DNA of 64,000 nucleotides from Eledone cirrhosa (taxonomy: Eukaryota), in the NCBI GenBank assembly GCA_964016885.1, contig OZ024741.1, forward strand, positions 56,730,001-56,794,000. Reading direction: 5' to 3'. Shown piece after piece: positions 55,965 through 64,000 of the stretch (positions are counted from its first letter, which is position 1; every line of letters starts with the position of its first letter). The notes below the pieces were generated by a model that saw nothing but the letters and a program-made list of their open reading frames with translations, was not told the origin of the DNA and made no database searches. Both the position numbers and the translations under genes were made by a program.

Positions 55965-57665
55965 ATGCAAATAACGAAGCCAGAGGAGTTCTTTGATGCC
56001 ACAACACTACATCAAGAAATGGCAACCATCAACCACATAGACATAACGGAGGAGGATGTGGTGTACGCCATTGATGAAATTAGAACAGACTCGGCTGCTG
56101 GACCTGATGGATTCCCAGCAGTTCTCCTAAAAATATGTAAGCGGGCCTTAGCAACTCCACTGAAGATGCTCTTCAGAAGCTCCTTGGCTAGCGGTGTACT
56201 ACCCAGGGAGCTGAAAGAAGGCACAATATGCCCTATCCATAAAGGAGGTAGTAGAGCGGAGGCCAAGAACTATAGGCCAGTCTCCCTGACGTCGCATATC
56301 AGTAAGGTCATGGAGCGAGTCGTCAGAAAGAAACTAATCACTTTCCTCGAAGAAAATGACCGCCTGACTAGCACGCAACATGGCTTCCGCCCAGGAAGAA
56401 GCTGCCTTACACAGCTGCTACATCACTACGACTGGGTACTGAAACAACTGCTAGACAGCTCACATGTGGACGTGATATATCTTGACTTTGCAAAGGCCTT
56501 TGACAAGGTCGACCACGGAATGATATGTCACAAACTACACGGACTCGGCATAACTGGAAAAGTAGGTGAGTGGCTGCATGGCTTCCTAAGGGACAGAAGC
56601 CAGGCAGTCGCAGCAAATGGGGCCCTCTCGAGGGAAACACCGATAACAAGTGGGGTGCCTCAGGGGACAGTCCTGGGACCACTACTGTTTTTGGTGGCTC
56701 TCTCGGACATGCCCTCTGTGGTGCATGCAACAACATCCCTCACTAGCTATGCTGATGACACTAAGGTAGCACAGGCAATCAAAAACCCGGCTGACGCTGC
56801 CCTCTTACAGCAGGATCTGGATGCCATATACAGATGGGCGGAAGAAAACAACATGCTGTTTAATGCTGGCAAATTCCAAGCCCTACAATACAAACCTGCA
56901 AACACAAACACAAATATAGCGGAACACAGCTACACAGGACCAGGAGGGACCGATATCCCCGTGTCAAAATCGATACGAGACCTGGGCATAGACATGAGCG
57001 ATGATGCATCTTTTTCTTCACACATCATGAAGGTGGCGACAGCATGTAGACGATTCGCTGGCTGGATCTTGAGGACTTTCCTTACAAGAGATCGAGACAC
57101 CATGTTGACACTGTGGAGGACTTTTGTCCTAAGCCGCCTGGACTACTGCTCCCAGCTGTGGTCACCCCATAGTGTCAAACTAACCACAGAGCTTGAGGCA
57201 ATCCAGCGAAGCTACACCAAGAGGATTGCCAAGATGAGGGAGACAAGCTACTGGGAGAGGCTGAAGGAACTGAACCTCTACTCCTTGGAGCGAAGACGGG
57301 AGAGATACGCAGTGATCTACATGTGGAAAATCCTGGAGGGACTAGCACCAAACTTTGGCATTGGGAGCTGGACCAACCGTCGAACAGGACGTCACTGTGT
57401 GGTGCCAAAGGTCCCGTCTTCCACATCTAGAATAAGGAGCAGGTATTGCAATAGCCTGGGATTCAAGGGCCCTCAACTCTTCAACGGGCTGCCGAGGCAT
57501 CTGCGAGACTTGCATGACGTGGAGGTGGATGTCTTTAAGAAACATCTCGACACCTTGTTATCCAGGATCCCGGATGAGCCCACAGCAAGACACGAGGGAA
57601 ACCTAAGGGCAGCAGCAACAAACTCCCTCCTACACCAGTGGCCAACCTATACAGGCTGGAGATAA
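55965..57665 (+). CDS. LINE ORF2 reverse transcriptase (566-aa open portion)
   Basis: AAGPDG, NYRPVSLTS, QHGFRPGRSC, YLDFAKAFDKVDH, GVPQGTVLGPLLF, YADD, RDLG and LYSLERRR motifs. Confidence 0.92.
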   Translation: MQITKPEEFFDATTLHQEMATINHIDITEEDVVYAIDEIRTDSAAGPDGFPAVLLKICKRALATPLKMLFRSSLASGVLPRELKEGTICPIHKGGSRAEAKNYRPVSLTSHISKVMERVVRKKLITFLEENDRLTSTQHGFRPGRSCLTQLLHHYDWVLKQLLDSSHVDVIYLDFAKAFDKVDHGMICHKLHGLGITGKVGEWLHGFLRDRSQAVAANGALSRETPITSGVPQGTVLGPLLFLVALSDMPSVVHATTSLTSYADDTKVAQAIKNPADAALLQQDLDAIYRWAEENNMLFNAGKFQALQYKPANTNTNIAEHSYTGPGGTDIPVSKSIRDLGIDMSDDASFSSHIMKVATACRRFAGWILRTFLTRDRDTMLTLWRTFVLSRLDYCSQLWSPHSVKLTTELEAIQRSYTKRIAKMRETSYWERLKELNLYSLERRRERYAVIYMWKILEGLAPNFGIGSWTNRRTGRHCVVPKVPSSTSRIRSRYCNSLGFKGPQLFNGLPRHLRDLHDVEVDVFKKHLDTLLSRIPDEPTARHEGNLRAAATNSLLHQWPTYTGWR

Positions 57666-57854
57666 AATGTGTAGCAACAAGGGCGGTGCCCCAGCATGGC
57701 CTCAGCCGGATGGCTGAAACAGGTAAAAGAGTAAAAGAGTAATATATATATCATATATATTTAATATATTTATATTTATATTTATATATATATATATATA
57801 TTTATATAAATATAGCGATGGAGGTGTGGTTAGGAACCAGATGGACCATAACGC

Positions 57855-57889
<35 letters not shown>

Positions 57890-58031
57890 GCCAGGTGGTG
57901 GTATTAAGTTAGACATGGCCTGGGCCAATACTGGCCGAACCCTCTCAAAGTTATATATATATATATATAACTTTGAGAGGTTTCGGCCAGTATTGGCCCA
58001 GACCATGTCTAACTTAATACCACCACCTGGC

Positions 58032-58198
<167 letters not shown>

Positions 58199-58199
58199 C

Positions 58200-58302
<103 letters not shown>

Positions 58303-58677
58303 TGTATTTCATATGTGTATATTTAATACATTTATATATATATTATATCTATATAATATATATATATACATATATATATATATACGTTTAAATAGCTTGA
58401 CAAATCGAACATTGTGGTAGGCGAAACTAACACAATATATACCAAAGTGACGATTGAACTAATCAGGTTTTTCTCAACCTGATTAGTTCTATCGTCACTT
58501 TGGTATGTATTGTGTGTTAGTTTCGCCTACCACAATGTTCGATTTGTCAAGCTATTTAAACGTATGTTATTACTCTAAGGCCCCAACTTATCGAGTGCTT
58601 TGCTAACTCATCATTTCATATAAGTAGGCCGAATTTACTTGCAAACCTCCAGAGATTCGATTTTACTATTTTCCAAT

Positions 58678-58737
<60 letters not shown>

Positions 58738-59112
58738 GTATATTTAATATATTTATATATATATTATATCTATAATATATATATATATATATATTACAAA
58801 GATAGTTCGTCACAACAATAACATCGTATCCAGTCTATTGACTATTCTCTGCTTGCTGCAATCCTGTTATCGATTAACAAATTTTGCAACCCGAACCTGA
58901 TGACGTCCTCAAAGTCTTACGTCATGTTCAGATGATGTAACTATGTCATTGAAATACGTATTGCGTAAATTGAATATTTGGAGACCGGCCTTCTATTTTT
59001 TTAGATAAATATATATATATATATATACTGTATATATATATATATATACACCCATATACACACACACACACACACAACTCCCTCCCCCATTTCTACTAAT
59101 AGAATCATCTTC

Positions 59113-59180
<68 letters not shown>

Positions 59181-59249
59181 GCACACAAATAAACATACAT
59201 ATCTTTACTTTCATTATTTCAATAGAAAATCTGAATTCTGATACCCCAG

Positions 59250-59820
59250 CGAACCAGCCATATTCACTGAACCAGAACAATTCTCCCATCCCATTTCTCT
59301 TGACCATTACCTTTTGCTTGTCATAAAATTCTCTAAAAGGCTACAAAATAAATTCCCAAATACGGGCGCAAAATTTAATGAACTTATTCACGTGACAGTC
59401 ATAATTTCATTTATAACCAATCAAATTATATTTATTTAAAAAAAGCCTTCGTGAGCCACTTTTTTTAAAGTAAAAAGAAATTCAAACAAACTTACGCGAA
59501 AGCTGATATACTTATTCACGTGACTACATCAACCAATCAAACTTCACTCATATATGAAAAAACAACCTACTATATTCACTGAACCAGCACAATTCTCCCA
59601 TCCCATTTCTCTTGACCATTATCTTTTGCTTGTCATGAAATTCTCTAAAAGGCTACAAAATGAATTCCCGAATACGGGCACGAAATTTAATGAACTTGTT
59701 CACGTGACAGCCTTAATTTCATTTATAACCAATCAAATTACATTTATAAAAAAAAAAAAAGCCTTCGTGAGGTCCTTTTTTTAAGTAAAAAGAAATTCAA
59801 TCACTCATATATGAAAAAAA
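59250..59820. repeat. Diverged direct duplication of about 310 bp
   Basis: atattcactgaaccag.acaattctcccatcccatttctcttgaccatta...cactcatatatgaaaaaa occurs at about 59260-59560 and 59572-59820. Confidence 0.85.
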
Positions 59821-60123
59821 CAACCTGAGTCTCCCCCCCCCCTCCTGTTTGAAGAACTTTGTAACGCGAACTGGCGCGAAATTTATTATACTTATTGACC
59901 AACCAATCAAATTACTTCTCGAAAAACCTGGCGTTTCGAGCCACTTTTTTACATATAAAACAAGTAACATTCAAAGACCAACCAGATGTGAGAAAAACCA
60001 CAGACTTTCCATCTCAACTCTACTTTTGAAAAGCAGAAGAACTGCGAAACCGGTAAAGGAACCAAATAAATATATATATTTTTTTTAAAATAAGACTCCA
60101 GTTGCATTTTCGATTTCATCTTT

Positions 60124-60179
<56 letters not shown>

Positions 60180-60293
60180 ATAGAAAAGCTTCTACAGGAC
60201 TAGAACTGTTTCGTTCGTGAACCGGGAATAACCTATATATACATAAAATATATATATAGTAATTATTATATATAAATATATCTATTATATATA

Positions 60294-60347
<54 letters not shown>

Positions 60348-60534
60348 TTGTATGCCTATGATATATATATTTATAATGTATAATATTTATAATGTATAAT
60401 ATATTTATACATATAATATATAATACATATAATATTAAATAAAGATATACATATAATATTAAATAAAGATAGCGTACGCATAAATAAAGATAGCGTACGC
60501 ATAAAATACAACAGGAGGAAACATAATAGCACCA

Positions 60535-60572
60535 CTGACGATGTTGCAGATGTGCAACGAAAGAACTTTATT
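60535..60572 (+). ncRNA. Hammerhead core of the 61487 family, weak stem I
   Basis: CTGACGA-t-gttgca gatg tgcaac-GAAA gaac TT. Confidence 0.55.
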
Positions 60573-60729
60573 AGACTATATATATATGTTTGTCTCTATA
60601 TTATATCTGTACTTTTGACCGTTGGTCAGTCAATGGTAAACATTGAGGACGGAATAAATTAACTGATATAAAAGTACAGAAGCGAAAACCAACCAAACAG
60701 CGAGTGTGTTCTATTATTAATTCTGGCAA

Positions 60730-60918
60730 GGGCGGTGGATTGGCAGTATCGGTAGAGGGTCGGACGCCATGCTTTCCAGCATAGTTACGTCCCTTTACGA
60801 TCTGAGTTCAAATCCCGCCGAGGTTGACTTTGCCTTTCATCCTTCCTTACGGGGTCGATAAAATAAAGTACCAGTAATGCACTGGATAATTGCTGGCCTT
60901 GTGCCTAAAGTAGAAACA
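60730..60918 (+). mobile_element. tRNA-derived SINE family 1, reference copy with 17-bp TSD
   Basis: A-box-like tggcagtatcgg, B-box gagttcaaatc, core ccgaggttgactttgcctttcatcc..ggggtcgataaa. TSD attattaattctggcaa at 60713-60729 and 60919-60935. Other copies near 1428, 11900, 13545, 13745, 38452, 40205, 40438, 41150, 44030, 48455 and 48660. Confidence 0.9.
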
Positions 60919-60972
60919 ATTATTAATTCTGGCAATATTATTACAACAATATGACACCCCCCCCCCAAGTAT

Positions 60973-61198
<226 letters not shown>

Positions 61199-61254
61199 TT
61201 CGTTTCTGAATTTGTTTAGCAAGATTCTTTATCTGAAATCGTGTGTTGAAACCG

Positions 61255-61685
61255 ATATTGTTATACTTTGGGAGGGTCATGTTGCCAATAAGAAACACAC
61301 GCACCAGTTGCTTTCACTTCAATTTAATTTATTAAATATTTATAAATTTACAAATTTATAAATTTCTGGTTGGTTGGTTGGTTCCACAACCAGATAGTTG
61401 CGCAAACTGAGCACGCAACCCACACACAAACAAAATGGCGTAGGATAGAAGAAAGGAAAGGCACAGAAACGAAGAAAGAAATCCCCAGTCACTGAAGAGG
61501 TCACAGAGCGTGTGACGAAAGAACTATGACTATATATATATAAACAACTATCTGGTTGTGGAACCAACCAACCAACCAGAAATTTATAAATTTGTAAATT
61601 TATAAATATTTAATAAATTAAATTGAAGTGAAAGCAACTGGTGCGTGTGTTTCTTATTGGCAACATGACCCTCCCAAAGTATAAC

Positions 61686-61690
<5 letters not shown>
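61255..61690 (+). mobile_element. Solo pLTR-type element with a long terminal inverted duplication around a hammerhead
   Basis: 61255-61400 is the reverse complement of 61544-61690. Same terminus at 14400-14450, 14552-14645, 21597-21700 and 60680-60980. Confidence 0.8.
61487..61531 (+). ncRNA. Minimal type I hammerhead with an extra nucleotide after A9
   Basis: agtca-CTGAAGA-g-gtcaca gagcg tgtgac-GAAA gaac TA-tgact. Confidence 0.75.

Positions 61691-64000
<2,310 letters not shown>

Larger units (their letters stand above)
55278..57741 (+). mobile_element. 5'-truncated CR1/L2-group LINE with (GTAAAAGA)n tail
   Basis: APE end (ILSDHNLV), tether, full RT, short 3' UTR and tail gtaaaaga gtaaaaga gtaa at about 57723-57741. 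Inserted in (TA)n. Confidence 0.9.

Noticed and set aside
58890-58970. CTGATGA ... GAAATACGTATT hammerhead candidate
   Set aside because: No consistent stem I or stem II. CTGATGA is sequestered in a local hairpin.
60735-60820. tRNA genes at GTTCAAATCC motifs
   Set aside because: They are SINE heads with no cloverleaf and continue into the SINE core

Overview
Eukaryotic, AT-rich, gene-free window dominated by microsatellites ((TA)n, (TG)n, (TATG)n) and transposable elements. The SINE/LINE families suggest a cephalopod, probably an octopod (inference). No host exon could be supported, and almost all ORFs in the track are translations of simple repeats. Real coding content: (i) an apparently intact, young Penelope-like element (772-aa RT + C-terminal GIY-YIG, Naiad-like) with two 885-bp pseudo-LTRs and an inverted 5' pLTR; (ii) a 5'-truncated CR1-group LINE with one frameshift; (iii) decayed R4/Dong, RTE, CRE-like and Neptune-like retroelement fragments. 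Many tRNA-derived SINEs, MITEs and a small Helitron are also present. The main hidden signal is non-coding: roughly 15 type-I hammerhead ribozyme motifs (intact, variant or decayed). They belong to several unrelated small elements that sit in (TA)n tracts and often carry fold-back palindromes, including one perfect palindrome with back-to-back hammerheads on opposite strands. All folds were derived by eye and none was tested.
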